IMG/VR virus record: IMGVR_UViG_3300020196_000003
DNA from: a virus
Direction: 5' to 3' (one strand)
DNA length: 64,000 bases
Position numbers and translations under genes: made by a program. Within the stretch, counting starts at the first letter, position 1, and each line of letters starts with the position of its first letter. Shown here piece by piece: positions 48,825-59,595 of this stretch. Under the pieces are notes generated by a model. It was given only the letters and a program-made list of their open reading frames with translations, made no database searches and was not told the DNA's origin.

Positions 48825-50603
48825 TTATTTTATTAATCCACCGAACAACCAACCATAATTTTTATAATCATCTATTGTTGAACTACTATTATTTAATCCC
48901 ATCCGTTCGTTCAAAACATTTTGATTTGGAATTAATGGATCAAAATGTACTTCTTTTTTAACAGATTCACCATTAACAACCGCCCAAGAATCAATCATAA
49001 CTTTTGCTTGTTCGGTTGCCTTTTCTAACTTTGAAAATGATGACTCGGCGATATAAATCGCCATTGAGATTCCCATAATTAAGTCGTCATGTTGCCCCTT
49101 TTGGTGATCTGGTCTTCCGTTGATATAAACAAAAGTATTCATCTCATTATATAAACGAACACTTCTTATTTTGAATTTGTGTCTTACCCACTCCTCAAAA
49201 GCCGCAATAATTTGAACTCGTTTATTATTAAAGTTTATACCTGGTATTTTTTCTGTTGATGATTTATTGACCGCCCAAATATTAAAAGGATCTATTCCAT
49301 CAACATATAAACTTTTATATCCAAGTTCTTGCATTTTTCTAATTGTAGTTATACCCATACCACCAGTTATATCCACTACAACAAAAGCGTTATACATCAT
49401 ACCCCACTTATAGGCAATTTCAGCTAAATTATCAGGTGGTATTTTTCCAACATATTCCAAAACTTGTTCTCTTTTATCAAAATCAATAATTTGTATTGAC
49501 GAAAAGTCTTCACTATCTCCACGAGAAACGTCAACGCCCATTATGTACTTATGACCCTCAACAGGCTCTTTCCAAATCCATAAAGAGTTACCCATTAATT
49601 TAGAAGGAGGGTCCATTAAATAGTTGTTTTTTATTTCTTCAAGCTGTTTGTTTTCAAAAACATTATCACCAGAACCTAGAAACTCACAATTCAACTCCTG
49701 ATTAATTTTTCTTTTATCGTATTTAAGTTTCTTAACCATTTTTTCATACCATGTTGAACATGGTTTATATCCTTGTTTAAAAAACATTTCTAATTCTTGA
49801 TAATCTCTTTGATACGGGTCAACATGCGCAAAAGATATATTTTTTGATTCATCATATTCTTCTTTATTTATAAGATAATGTATTAAATCATCTGTTGGAA
49901 CTAAATAAAGATCCTTTGTGTATCTAGGATCTCTGTACCAATACATTTCAGAAATTTTGAATTGGTTCATTCCTTTTAAAGCTTGATCGTAAATTTCATA
50001 ATAAATTTGGTCATAACCATTTGGTGTTGATACTACAATTACTTTACCACCCGTAGATAAGGAAGCCATACAAGCCGCCCAAAAGTCGTTGTCCGCCTCA
50101 ATAAACGCCGCCTCATCAAATACAAGAATTGTAGGTGTGAATCCACGAAGTGCATCCTTTGATGTTGCAACCGCCTTAACCTCAGAACCATTATTTAATT
50201 TATAATGTCTTTGTGAATTTTTTTCAACAGCAAAACCAGCACCAACCCAAGAAGGCCATTGATCAATAAAAGACCTAATCTTATTTGCCATTTCTTGAGA
50301 TGTATCAAGTTTGTTTGCAATAATTAGAATTTTTTCAGGTTGTGTTTTTTTTGCAAAAACTAATCTTTTTGAAATCCATGCAGCAGTCACGGTAGAAACT
50401 CCGGCTTGTCGATATTTCAGAGCAATATTTTCTTCGTATTCTTCATAGTCTTTTAAAAGTAATATTTGATCAGGAAATAATTCTAAAGGGACATACTTAG
50501 AAACCGTATTGTCGTATGTTTGAAGATACGTTCTAAGAGCATATGGAGTATCTTTGAGACACTTCACATATTCTATCATTACTTGTTCTTTACTTAGACC
50601 CAT
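48825..50603 (-). CDS. Terminase large subunit (T4 gp17-like)
   Basis: KYRQAGVST (Walker A variant), VFDEAAF, VSTPNG, QELNCEFLGS, GVDVSRG, HDDLIM. Confidence 0.93.
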   Translation of the reverse strand: MGLSKEQVMIEYVKCLKDTPYALRTYLQTYDNTVSKYVPLELFPDQILLLKDYEEYEENIALKYRQAGVSTVTAAWISKRLVFAKKTQPEKILIIANKLDTSQEMANKIRSFIDQWPSWVGAGFAVEKNSQRHYKLNNGSEVKAVATSKDALRGFTPTILVFDEAAFIEADNDFWAACMASLSTGGKVIVVSTPNGYDQIYYEIYDQALKGMNQFKISEMYWYRDPRYTKDLYLVPTDDLIHYLINKEEYDESKNISFAHVDPYQRDYQELEMFFKQGYKPCSTWYEKMVKKLKYDKRKINQELNCEFLGSGDNVFENKQLEEIKNNYLMDPPSKLMGNSLWIWKEPVEGHKYIMGVDVSRGDSEDFSSIQIIDFDKREQVLEYVGKIPPDNLAEIAYKWGMMYNAFVVVDITGGMGITTIRKMQELGYKSLYVDGIDPFNIWAVNKSSTEKIPGINFNNKRVQIIAAFEEWVRHKFKIRSVRLYNEMNTFVYINGRPDHQKGQHDDLIMGISMAIYIAESSFSKLEKATEQAKVMIDSWAVVNGESVKKEVHFDPLIPNQNVLNERMGLNNSSSTIDDYKNYGWLFGGLIK

Positions 50604-50641
50604 ATAAAATAAATATCATTTCGGGACTTTTGTTGTAAAGA

Positions 50642-51493
50642 TTATTTTTTACCAATAGAAAACATTTTACCAATTGGTAATTCAACAGGTGCTTCATCAG
50701 AAAACATTGTATTTTTTTTTGGTTTTCTAATGATCATTGATTTGAAATTTTTAGACTTTTTTTTTACAGCCTCAATAAGATCTTTTTTAGTCATTCTTGG
50801 TTTGATTTGCGAATCTACCATTTCAAAAATTTTTTTTTCTAAAAATTTTTCTAAATTTTCGTTTGTTTTCTTCTTCTTTTTATAATCTACCGTTTTTTCG
50901 GGGTGTTTTTTCTCGGGCATATCTTTGTATTGTTTTTTAGAGGTTGAGTCCGAGAACTCTTTTGCCATTTTACACCACTTACAATTTTTAGACGCACATT
51001 TATTACAACGTGCCCAAAACAAACCTTGTTGAGCCTTTGACTCGAACTTTTCATTAATTTCAGACTCCGCCATACCCATCATTGATCGATTATTTCCTGA
51101 ATCATTGTCCATACCATCATCCGCCATGTCATTAGCGTCGTGAGGTGCCTCTTGCCCTGTGTAAGCTTGTGTTGCAATTTTACCTAACGCATTTGATGAT
51201 GTGACACTATCAGTTTGATCTTCAGTCATTTCAGTTTCAACAACTTCAACAGTTCCTGGTTCGGCATTTGCCACTGGTTTCAAACTTACTTGTGTTTGAC
51301 CGGGTTTTAAAGGTACAACACCACCCTTAGGTCCAACAGTAGTTGTTTGTTGTACTTGCTCCTTATTTTCCTTTTTATTTAATTTTTTAAACTTTTCAAC
51401 CAAAACATTGATCTGTCGATCAGTCATCTTATTTATCGTGGTTGACGATATCCCGTTTTCGATGAGGAAAATTATATTTTTTTTAGTTTTCAT
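50642..51493 (-). CDS. Hypothetical phage protein
   Basis: ATG at 51493; contains an ESKAQQ..F...MAKEF motif. Confidence 0.65.
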   Translation of the reverse strand: MKTKKNIIFLIENGISSTTINKMTDRQINVLVEKFKKLNKKENKEQVQQTTTVGPKGGVVPLKPGQTQVSLKPVANAEPGTVEVVETEMTEDQTDSVTSSNALGKIATQAYTGQEAPHDANDMADDGMDNDSGNNRSMMGMAESEINEKFESKAQQGLFWARCNKCASKNCKWCKMAKEFSDSTSKKQYKDMPEKKHPEKTVDYKKKKKTNENLEKFLEKKIFEMVDSQIKPRMTKKDLIEAVKKKSKNFKSMIIRKPKKNTMFSDEAPVELPIGKMFSIGKK

Positions 51494-51890
51494 ACACCAC
51501 TTCTTTTTCAAATTGTAACACGATATCTCTTTCGTATAATTTATTTTTTACATTCTCTTCAGTCTCTCCGAAATGAAATACCAATCTTTTTATTAAAGAA
51601 AAATCTTTATCGTCATTTTCTTTTTCCCAACCCAAAGCAATCACTCCGTCCATAGAGTCGATCATTGAAAACACATCGGAATTTTGAACTAAATCAAACT
51701 CAACATTTTCATTAATTAAAGTTCCAACTTTTTTTATGTATTCGATGTCAGGAGGAGAAGGGTATCCATTTGATGGTTTGGATTCCCAATTTTCTCCAAA
51801 AACTTCAATGTTGTCCGAATAAATAAATTCATAAATGTTGTCTCCTTTATAGTTAGGTCCTAAACCATTTATGTAAATTAAATAATTCAT
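51483..51890 (-). CDS. Hypothetical phage protein
   Basis: 135-aa ORF overlapping its neighbours. Confidence 0.7.
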   Translation of the reverse strand: MNYLIYINGLGPNYKGDNIYEFIYSDNIEVFGENWESKPSNGYPSPPDIEYIKKVGTLINENVEFDLVQNSDVFSMIDSMDGVIALGWEKENDDKDFSLIKRLVFHFGETEENVKNKLYERDIVLQFEKEVVYEN

Positions 51891-53434
51891 AAAATTAATC
51901 CATTAACAGTAATTTTAACTTCGTTGATTCCTTGTTTGAAAATTAAATTCTTTTTGTTAGACAAACCTATTAATTTAGTTTTAGGATTTTTTTTAATAAA
52001 ATCTAAAGCTTGATCTAATTGAGAAACAGTTTTGGCAAGTTTAATAATACTATCTTTATTATTCTTATAATTTATCTCATGTAATACTTTTTCTTTAGGG
52101 GTTACAGAAAAATAGTTGCTCAGTATTTTATCAACGGTTGATTCGCCAAACGTTCCATGAGAGAGTCTTTCTGTATCGGGATAAAGATGTCTTTTTCTTC
52201 TATGGGAACGGTAGTCATCCTCCCCTACGTCTTCGAAATCAATTTCTTCTAAATCAGGATCATACTCTTCAACTTGTTCACCCGACATTTTACTCATGGC
52301 CAAATTACCGTATGCTGCTGGTATATAATCTCTTAATGCTCCTCCTAAGGTATCGTATCCTTCACCCATTTCAGGTGGTGCGGGAATTTCTCCACCCTCT
52401 ATTGGCGGTTCAGGTAATTCTCCTTCGGGTGCGGGTGGCGGCTCGGGAAGTTCTCCTTCAACATCAGTTTCAATTTCTTCCCCTTCTTCCTCTTCATCAC
52501 CCTCAACACCTTCTAATTTTGATATAATTGATTCTATGTCGTCCTCATCTAAAACATCAACATCGAGAGCTGATAAAATAGAGTTAACAATATATTTAAC
52601 ATTTTGAGAAGAAAGTTCTTTTTCTTCGCCATATGACCTGATTTTTTGAGCTAATTTACCAACTAAAATTTGAATTCTTTTGAGATCAGATACTTTTTTT
52701 TCTTTTGGTTTTTCTTCCGCATCAAATTCCATTTCTTCCTCTTCTCCTTCTACAGGTGGTAATTCTCCTTCCTCTCCTGCTGCATTCGGAGCAGGTGGTA
52801 ACCCTTCTTCCTCTCCTGTCGCACTTGGAGTAGGTGGTAATTCTCCTTCCTCCCCTGTCGCACTTGGAGTAGGTGGTAATTCTCCTTCTACAGGGGGTAA
52901 TCCTTGTTCTTCTGCACTTGGAACGGGTGGTAATTCTGCTCCACCTTCTGTATTGGGTACAGGCGGTAATCCTGCGTCGCCTTCTCCACTAGGAACAGGC
53001 GGTAATCCTGCCCCACCTTCTGCGCTTTGAGCAGGTGGAGACTCAACTTTTTTTTTGGTCTTTAGTATGAACTTTTTTTTTTGCTCACCAATTAGTGCGG
53101 TTCCTTCTTCATTTTCATGAAGTGCATTAATTTCTTTTGTGATTAGATTTAATCTTTTTAGAGCTTGTGAGTATGCGTTATAATATCTTCTTGCCTTCAT
53201 AGGCTCGATGTATTCTGACTCCGATTCATTAATCGCCAATTTGATTATATAACCTTGTCTTTCTTTTTCGATACGATAAACATTACCGTCAGCCAAGTGG
53301 ATACTATATTCTGTGGATTTAGTTTCATTTATTTGTTGTGGGATATTTTCTTTAAAACGAGCAATTTCCATAATTCGTCTAAGTTTATTCATCCCTTCGA
53401 GTCTTTCACTTCCAATAGGTTTTATTCCTCCCAT
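51887..53434 (-). CDS. Hypothetical protein with long Pro/Glu/Gly low-complexity region
   Basis: Repeated GELPP/GLPP units; preceded by two TATTTAT motifs. Confidence 0.7.
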   Translation of the reverse strand: MGGIKPIGSERLEGMNKLRRIMEIARFKENIPQQINETKSTEYSIHLADGNVYRIEKERQGYIIKLAINESESEYIEPMKARRYYNAYSQALKRLNLITKEINALHENEEGTALIGEQKKKFILKTKKKVESPPAQSAEGGAGLPPVPSGEGDAGLPPVPNTEGGAELPPVPSAEEQGLPPVEGELPPTPSATGEEGELPPTPSATGEEEGLPPAPNAAGEEGELPPVEGEEEEMEFDAEEKPKEKKVSDLKRIQILVGKLAQKIRSYGEEKELSSQNVKYIVNSILSALDVDVLDEDDIESIISKLEGVEGDEEEEGEEIETDVEGELPEPPPAPEGELPEPPIEGGEIPAPPEMGEGYDTLGGALRDYIPAAYGNLAMSKMSGEQVEEYDPDLEEIDFEDVGEDDYRSHRRKRHLYPDTERLSHGTFGESTVDKILSNYFSVTPKEKVLHEINYKNNKDSIIKLAKTVSQLDQALDFIKKNPKTKLIGLSNKKNLIFKQGINEVKITVNGLIL

Positions 53435-53510
53435 GTTTTTTTATTTTAACAGAAATTATTTTTTATTAATAAATATATCGATAAATACAATTATTTTTGT
53501 TTCTATTGAT

Positions 53511-54248
53511 TTATTGTTTCATAGAGAGTTTTTTGTCTATGACTTTATTTGGAACATCGTATAGTTTTTCGATGTACCCGTTTCTTCTTAGTAATTTAAA
53601 AACTAAATTTTCTAAAGACATTTCGCCATCTTTTTCTAAACCACAGTTTCTAAACTTCTTAAGTTTTTCTTTATATTTTTTTACCAAAGATTTAATTTCG
53701 TTAGGATTTTCATCTTCTATGTTGTCAACAACACCATCAATTATTCTCATCCATTGTGACGCTTTGTCTTTTAATAATTTCTTATCAATATTATCAACAC
53801 CAAGTTTTTTTGGTTCATTCATCCACATATCATAAAGAATAGAATAGATACCACTACTAAAAGTTGTTTCATCTTCCTTCTGTACAAAACACTCAACATC
53901 ATAACCAAACATTGTAATATTATGTTTTTGATTAAAAACTACTTTTTTTAGATCAAAGAATTCGAGATATAAATCTTTTGAGTTTTCAGAAAACTGATCG
54001 AAATTAACAACTACGTGTAAATCAATATCAGAATATTTTGACCAGTTGTAATTAACTAAAGAACCAATCATAATAATATCAGTGATTATTAAATCAACCC
54101 CTAATGAATCGATAAAAAGGTTGGCAACCTCCAAAAGTCTTTCTCTAACGTCAGGTCTCATCATATACGACTTACCATCCTTTTCCCAAATTTTTAAATT
54201 GAGTTCGTCTTGAGATTTAAAACTTTTAATAACATCGGTATTATACAT
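53511..54248 (-). CDS. Pol-beta-superfamily nucleotidyltransferase
   Basis: GS-x9-SDIDLHV...DVE motif. Confidence 0.75.
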   Translation of the reverse strand: MYNTDVIKSFKSQDELNLKIWEKDGKSYMMRPDVRERLLEVANLFIDSLGVDLIITDIIMIGSLVNYNWSKYSDIDLHVVVNFDQFSENSKDLYLEFFDLKKVVFNQKHNITMFGYDVECFVQKEDETTFSSGIYSILYDMWMNEPKKLGVDNIDKKLLKDKASQWMRIIDGVVDNIEDENPNEIKSLVKKYKEKLKKFRNCGLEKDGEMSLENLVFKLLRRNGYIEKLYDVPNKVIDKKLSMKQ

Positions 54249-54267
54249 ATTAATAAATACCTACTGA

Positions 54268-54510
54268 TTATAGTTTCTTATACTTATGAACTTTTGAAAT
54301 GTTCGTATTGAAAAAATTACCCTGTGATTGTGCCGATCTGAATTGAGTATACTTTTGATGAGGTACATCATCATATTCATATTTTGCTCCGTTTTTAAAC
54401 TCAGCAATCATTTTTTTTGTTAAAGTATCGTATTGTGTTCTAACAATGTTTGAAGATTCTACTTCATTTAAAATTGTAGTTCCACTAATTATTTCGCTTG
54501 TTATTGCCAT
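54268..54510 (-). CDS. KTSC-domain protein
   Basis: VESSNI...YD.....EFKNGAKYEYDDVP...SQGNFFN. Confidence 0.85.
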   Translation of the reverse strand: MAITSEIISGTTILNEVESSNIVRTQYDTLTKKMIAEFKNGAKYEYDDVPHQKYTQFRSAQSQGNFFNTNISKVHKYKKL

Positions 54511-54805
54511 CTTCGTCTCTTAATGGGGTTATGTCATCTATGTGACTAAGTTTTTTTATAATATAATTACTAACTTCTTGTCCGTCAACATCAAAACCAT
54601 AATCTCTTATTGTTCGGTCTGTTTCTCGAACTAATTGTTGGAATTTTGAATGTAAAGTCATCAAGTCATTTGGATAATATGGTGGCCTTTCAACATCTTT
54701 TTGTGTCCAACCTTCTATTTGAAAAATTTCTCTAATTTCGAAATACATATCTTCTAACTCATTTGTTAATTCTAAAGTTTCTGCGAATTTTTTCCAAGCT
54801 TTCAT
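54485..54805 (-). CDS. Hypothetical phage protein
   Basis: 106-aa ORF after TATTTAT. Confidence 0.65.
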   Translation of the reverse strand: MKAWKKFAETLELTNELEDMYFEIREIFQIEGWTQKDVERPPYYPNDLMTLHSKFQQLVRETDRTIRDYGFDVDGQEVSNYIIKKLSHIDDITPLRDEDGNNKRNN

Positions 54806-54820
54806 GACTATAAATATATG

Positions 54821-54848
54821 AAAAAAAAATCCACCCGAAGGTGGATTT
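54821..54848 (-). terminator. Terminator downstream of dnaK
   Basis: A run + AATCCACC-cgaa-GGTGGATT (same stem as at 10605). Confidence 0.8.
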
Positions 54849-54870
54849 AATTTATTTCAATCTTGAGAGA

Positions 54871-56739
54871 TTATTTTACTTCTTCGAACTCAACATTTTG
54901 GAAGTCTTCTTCTGTAACTTCATCATTAGGTGTTGTTTGATTTGTTTGTTCATACAACTTTTGACTTATCTCTTGAAACTTTTTATTGACTTCTTCGGTA
55001 AGTGTTTTAACTTGTGAAATATCTTTCTTATTACAAGCTTCTCTTAATTTCTCAACTTTGGAGTTAATTTCAGATTTTTCTTCTTCAGAGATTTTGTCAC
55101 CAAGATCCTCGAGTGATTTACCAACTTGGAACATTAATGAATCTGCCGAATTTAAAGTATCAGCGTCTTCTTTAAGTTTTTTGTCCGCCTCAGCATTTAT
55201 TTCAGCCTCCCTTTTCATTCTTTCAACTTCTTCTTTTGAAAGACCTGATGATGACTCAATACGAATAGATTGAACTTTATTTGTTGCTTTGTCGACCGCA
55301 GATACATTGATTATACCGTTCGCGTCAATATCGAAAGTTACTTCGATTTGAGGAGTTCCTCGTCTTGCTGGTGGAATACCGTCCAAATTAAATTTACCAA
55401 TAGTTCTGTTGTCTTTTGCCATCGCTCTTTCTCCTTGAAGAACATGAATTTCTACCGTTGGTTGGTTATCAACTGCCGTTGAGAATGTTTCAGATTTTTT
55501 TGTTGGAATAGTTGTGTTTGCATCAATTAGTTTTGTAAATACGCCACCCATTGTTTCAATACCCAATGAAAGTGGAGTTATATCCAATAATAATACATCA
55601 GTAACATCACCACCCAAAACACCACCTTGAATTGCGGCCCCTAAGGCAACCACCTCGTCGGGATTAACCCCTTTTGAAGGATCTTTACCAAAAAATTTTT
55701 TTACGGCTTCTTGAATTGCTGGAATACGTGTTGATCCTCCCACCAAAATAATCTCATCAATATCACTTGGTTTTAAACCAGCCTTTTTCAAGGCCGATTC
55801 ACATGGTCTAATTGTTCTTTTTACCAAATCCTCAGTTAGTTGATCGAATTTTGATTTTGTGATTGTTACAACAAGGTGTTTGGGCCCTGTTGAATCTGCC
55901 GATAAATAAGGTAAATTAATTTCAGTTTGTGGTGAAGATGATAATTCTATTTTTGCTTTTTCACCTGCCTCTTTTAATCTTTGAAGTGCCATAGGATCTT
56001 TTGTCGCATCGATTCCTGTATTTTGTTTAAATTCTGACGCCAAAAAATCAATAATTACCTGATCAAAGTCATCACCACCCAAATGAGTATCCCCGTCAGT
56101 GGATAATACTTCAAATACACCATCACCAAGTTCCAATACAGATACGTCATGTGTTCCACCACCACAGTCAAATACAACTATTTTCATGTCTTTTGAAATT
56201 TTATCTAATCCATATGCTAAAGCCGCTGCGGTAGGTTCGTTGATGATTCTTTTAACATTTAGACCAGCAATCTCACCAGCTTCTTTTGTTGCTTGTCTTT
56301 GTGCGTCATTAAAGTATGCAGGAACCGTAATCACCGCATCTGTGACCTTTTGACCTAAGTAGTCTTCAGCGGTTTGTTTCATTTTTTGAAGAATTGCCGC
56401 GGAGATTTCTTGTGGAGAAAAACTTCTATCATCAATTTTAACCTTTGGTGTTTGATTTTCGTTTATGATTTTATAAGGAACTTTCGATATTTCACTTTTT
56501 GTTTCCTCGAATTTACTTCCCATAAATCTTTTGATTGAGTAGATTGTTTTATTTGGATTTGTTACAGCCTGTCGTTTTGCTGGATCTCCAATTTTTCTCT
56601 CACCATCTTTAATAAATCCAACAACAGATGGTGTTGTTCTTTTACCTTCGCTGTTTGTGATTACCACAGGTTCGCGACCTTCCATTACTGCCACACAAGA
56701 ATTAGTAGTCCCTAAATCTATTCCGATAATTTTTCCCAT
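54871..56739 (-). CDS. dnaK: Chaperone DnaK (Hsp70)
   Basis: [32 protein letters not shown], full length. Confidence 0.97.
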   Translation of the reverse strand: MGKIIGIDLGTTNSCVAVMEGREPVVITNSEGKRTTPSVVGFIKDGERKIGDPAKRQAVTNPNKTIYSIKRFMGSKFEETKSEISKVPYKIINENQTPKVKIDDRSFSPQEISAAILQKMKQTAEDYLGQKVTDAVITVPAYFNDAQRQATKEAGEIAGLNVKRIINEPTAAALAYGLDKISKDMKIVVFDCGGGTHDVSVLELGDGVFEVLSTDGDTHLGGDDFDQVIIDFLASEFKQNTGIDATKDPMALQRLKEAGEKAKIELSSSPQTEINLPYLSADSTGPKHLVVTITKSKFDQLTEDLVKRTIRPCESALKKAGLKPSDIDEIILVGGSTRIPAIQEAVKKFFGKDPSKGVNPDEVVALGAAIQGGVLGGDVTDVLLLDITPLSLGIETMGGVFTKLIDANTTIPTKKSETFSTAVDNQPTVEIHVLQGERAMAKDNRTIGKFNLDGIPPARRGTPQIEVTFDIDANGIINVSAVDKATNKVQSIRIESSSGLSKEEVERMKREAEINAEADKKLKEDADTLNSADSLMFQVGKSLEDLGDKISEEEKSEINSKVEKLREACNKKDISQVKTLTEEVNKKFQEISQKLYEQTNQTTPNDEVTEEDFQNVEFEEVK

Positions 56740-56910
56740 TTTGAATACATTTTTTTAATAAGTTTATTTTTTACCATTCTAAACCAATAATGTGCCATTT
56801 TTAAAAAAAAATAAAAATACTGTTATTTTGTCATACTAAAATTAAAAAACATGACAAATGTTCAGTTATGGACTTTATAAAAAGATAATTGTATAATTTG
56901 AAAAAAAGTT

Positions 56911-58953
56911 ATGTTAGAATTTATGGATGAAGAAAACGACAAATCAAAAAAGAAGAGTGACAGTGTAACACCTGTTTTAGATAATTTCAGCAAGGATTTA
57001 AATAAGTTTGCACAAGATGGGAAACTTGATCCTGTTATTGGAAGAAAAAAAGAAATCTTGAGAATTGCTCAAATTCTATCTCGTAGAAAAAAAAATAATC
57101 CAATTATTATTGGTGAACCTGGAGCAGGTAAAACGGCAATCGTCGATGGTCTTGCTATGATGATTCACAAAGGAGAATGTCCCAAAAATCTTATGGATAA
57201 GAGAATCGTGTCTTTGGATATGAATTCTTTGGTTGCAGGAACAAAATACCGTGGTCAGTTTGAAGAAAGGATGAAAGTAATAATCGAAGAACTTCAGAAC
57301 ACTCCGAATATTATTTTATTTATTGATGAAATTCATACGATTGTTGGTGCAGGAAATAGTTCAGGATCGTTAGATGCGTCGAACATCTTCAAACCAGCAC
57401 TTTCTCGTGGTGAAATACAATGTATTGGAGCAACAACCTTAGATGAATATCGAACAAACTTTGAAAAAGACGGAGCATTAGAGCGAAGGTTTCAAAAAGT
57501 TGTGGTTGATCCATCTTCAAAAGAAGAAACATTGGAAATATTAAAATTAAGTAAATTAAAATATGAGGATCATCATAAAGTCTCATACGACGATGAAACA
57601 TTAAAAATATTTGTTGAGTTAGCAGATCGTTATATTACAGATCGCGAATTTCCTGACAAGGCCTTTGATATTTTAGATGAGGTTGGAGCAAGAATGCAAA
57701 TCGACGTTAAATTACCAAAGGAAATTGAAGACCTCAAGCAACAAGCAAACAACATCAAACAAGAGAAATTCAACGTAATTAAAAAACAAAATTACGAACA
57801 AGCGGCAGAACTAAGAGACCGTGAAAGAAGTGTACTATCAAAATTGGAGGAAGAAAAAAAGAAATTTGAGCAACACTTAAGAAATAGTAAAAGAAATATT
57901 CCTGAAGAGTTGATTTATGAAGTTGTATCAAATATGACTAAAATTCCAATTTCAAATATCAACGTAGATGAAAGAAATAGTTTAATTAGTTTGAATGAAA
58001 ACTTGAACTCAAAGGTAATTGGTCAAGAAGAGGCGGTAAATAAAATATCAAAAGCAATTAGAAGAAACCGAATGGGTATTAAAGATCCAAACAAACCCAT
58101 AGGATCATTCATTTTTCTTGGTTCAACAGGAGTTGGAAAAACATACTTGGCAAAACAATTGGCAAAAGAAATTTTTGGAAGTCCTGACAACATGATTAGA
58201 GTGGATATGAGTGAATATCAAGAAAAACACACAATATCTCGACTTATTGGATCTCCTCCAGGATACGTTGGATATGACCAAGGTGGTCAATTAACCGAAC
58301 AAGTCAAAAACAAACCTTATTCTGTTGTATTATTCGATGAGATTGAAAAGGCTCATAAAGACATATTTTCAACATTATTACAGTTGTTAGACGATGGTCA
58401 TATTACCGATTCTTTGGGTCGTAAAATCAATTTCAAAAATTGTTTAATAATCATGACATCCAATATTGGTGTTAAGAAATTACAAGATTTTGGAACTGGC
58501 ATGGGATTCAAAACCACAAAAAGTGATGTTGTATTAGAAGAAGAAAAACAAGAGGTTCTAAAAAAAGAGTTGAAGAAGTTTTTCGCACCCGAATTCTTAA
58601 ATAGAATTGATGATGTTGTTATTTTTAATTCTTTAGAAAAAGACCATATCGATAAGATCACAAAACTCGAGGTTGATAAACTATTAAGTAGAGTTTTAGA
58701 AAAACATTATATCTTCACATATAATCAAGATTTAATTGAGTATATTTCAAAAGTCGGTTTTGATGAAACTTTCGGGGCAAGACCTATAAAACGGGCAATC
58801 CAAGAAAAAATTGAAGACTTAATTTCAGAAAAGATATTGATGTCGGAAATCGAAGAAAATAAGGAGTATGTTTTGGTTGTTGAAAACGATGAAATTCTTG
58901 TGGTAACCAAAGAAGAAAACCCAAAAAGAAGGGGAAGAAATAAAACTAAATAA
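56911..58953 (+). CDS. clpC: ClpC-type AAA+ ATPase lacking the N-terminal domain
   Basis: Two Walker A motifs ([16 protein letters not shown]), short UVR-type M-domain ([13 protein letters not shown]), MGF ClpP-docking-like loop; starts directly at TPVLDNF. Confidence 0.85.
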   Translation: MLEFMDEENDKSKKKSDSVTPVLDNFSKDLNKFAQDGKLDPVIGRKKEILRIAQILSRRKKNNPIIIGEPGAGKTAIVDGLAMMIHKGECPKNLMDKRIVSLDMNSLVAGTKYRGQFEERMKVIIEELQNTPNIILFIDEIHTIVGAGNSSGSLDASNIFKPALSRGEIQCIGATTLDEYRTNFEKDGALERRFQKVVVDPSSKEETLEILKLSKLKYEDHHKVSYDDETLKIFVELADRYITDREFPDKAFDILDEVGARMQIDVKLPKEIEDLKQQANNIKQEKFNVIKKQNYEQAAELRDRERSVLSKLEEEKKKFEQHLRNSKRNIPEELIYEVVSNMTKIPISNINVDERNSLISLNENLNSKVIGQEEAVNKISKAIRRNRMGIKDPNKPIGSFIFLGSTGVGKTYLAKQLAKEIFGSPDNMIRVDMSEYQEKHTISRLIGSPPGYVGYDQGGQLTEQVKNKPYSVVLFDEIEKAHKDIFSTLLQLLDDGHITDSLGRKINFKNCLIIMTSNIGVKKLQDFGTGMGFKTTKSDVVLEEEKQEVLKKELKKFFAPEFLNRIDDVVIFNSLEKDHIDKITKLEVDKLLSRVLEKHYIFTYNQDLIEYISKVGFDETFGARPIKRAIQEKIEDLISEKILMSEIEENKEYVLVVENDEILVVTKEENPKRRGRNKTK

Positions 58954-58992
58954 AAATATTGTTTTAATTTTTTTTATTAGAGAAATTAATTT

Positions 58993-59000
58993 TACATTTG
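58993..59000 (+). promoter_or_regulatory. Bacteroidota-type -7 promoter element
   Basis: TACATTTG (TAnnTTTG). Also TACCTTTG at 60591, TATTTTTG at 61255 and TATATTTG at 63462, each just upstream of a gene. Confidence 0.6.
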
Positions 59001-59017
59001 TAGTATAAATCTAACAA

Positions 59018-59530
59018 ATGAAAACATTATCAATTTTTATCTTCTTTCTTTTCTTTCACAGCTTTGGTCAAACTGTAAATGATCTAATCATTAAAAAAGT
59101 TAATCAATATCGAAAAGAATATGGTCTCTCACCATTAAAGTATTCTTCTGAAGCAAAATTGGCAAATAGTCAAATGCTAACTTACATGGTTGAGACATCA
59201 ACAATGCCTTTCGATCACTCACAAACGATACAATCATCTTTTGGTCAAACTTTTAATAATTTTACCGATCGAATCACCTACCTATATGGTTATAACTATA
59301 AATACATTGGTGAAAATTTATGTACATTTGACGATAAAAAAACAGATGAAGAAAGGGCCAATCGAGTTTTAGAAATATGGAAAAATTCTCCATCACATAA
59401 TGCACTTTTACTTGATACAAAATACGATGGTGTTTGTGTGGGATCTAAAATATCGAATAAAATATATTATGGGAATGTGTTCTATCAAAATAATCCAACT
59501 TTTTACTGTGTTTTGACAATGTATAAATAA
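59018..59530 (+). CDS. CAP/SCP-domain protein with signal peptide
   Basis: VNQYRKEYGLSPL...H...GENL...WKNSPSHNALLL. Confidence 0.85.
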   Translation: MKTLSIFIFFLFFHSFGQTVNDLIIKKVNQYRKEYGLSPLKYSSEAKLANSQMLTYMVETSTMPFDHSQTIQSSFGQTFNNFTDRITYLYGYNYKYIGENLCTFDDKKTDEERANRVLEIWKNSPSHNALLLDTKYDGVCVGSKISNKIYYGNVFYQNNPTFYCVLTMYK

Positions 59531-59534
59531 AAAG

Positions 59535-59562
59535 AAACCCCCTCTTTAGGATGGGGGTTTTT
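59535..59562. terminator. Bidirectional terminator between convergent genes
   Basis: AAACCCCC...GGGGGTTT stem. Confidence 0.75.
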
Positions 59563-59595
59563 GTATAAAAAAATCAAATTATTTGGTTGTAAATA

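Noticed and set aside
10605-54848. Identical AATCCACC/GGTGGATT stems at 10605 and 54828 as mobile-element ends
   Set aside because: Each is a hairpin with a U-tract right after a gene, so ordinary terminators explain them. No transposase or target duplication was seen.
56911-58953. Annotation as ClpB disaggregase because it sits next to dnaK
   Set aside because: The middle domain is the short UVR type and an MGF loop is present, both ClpC features.
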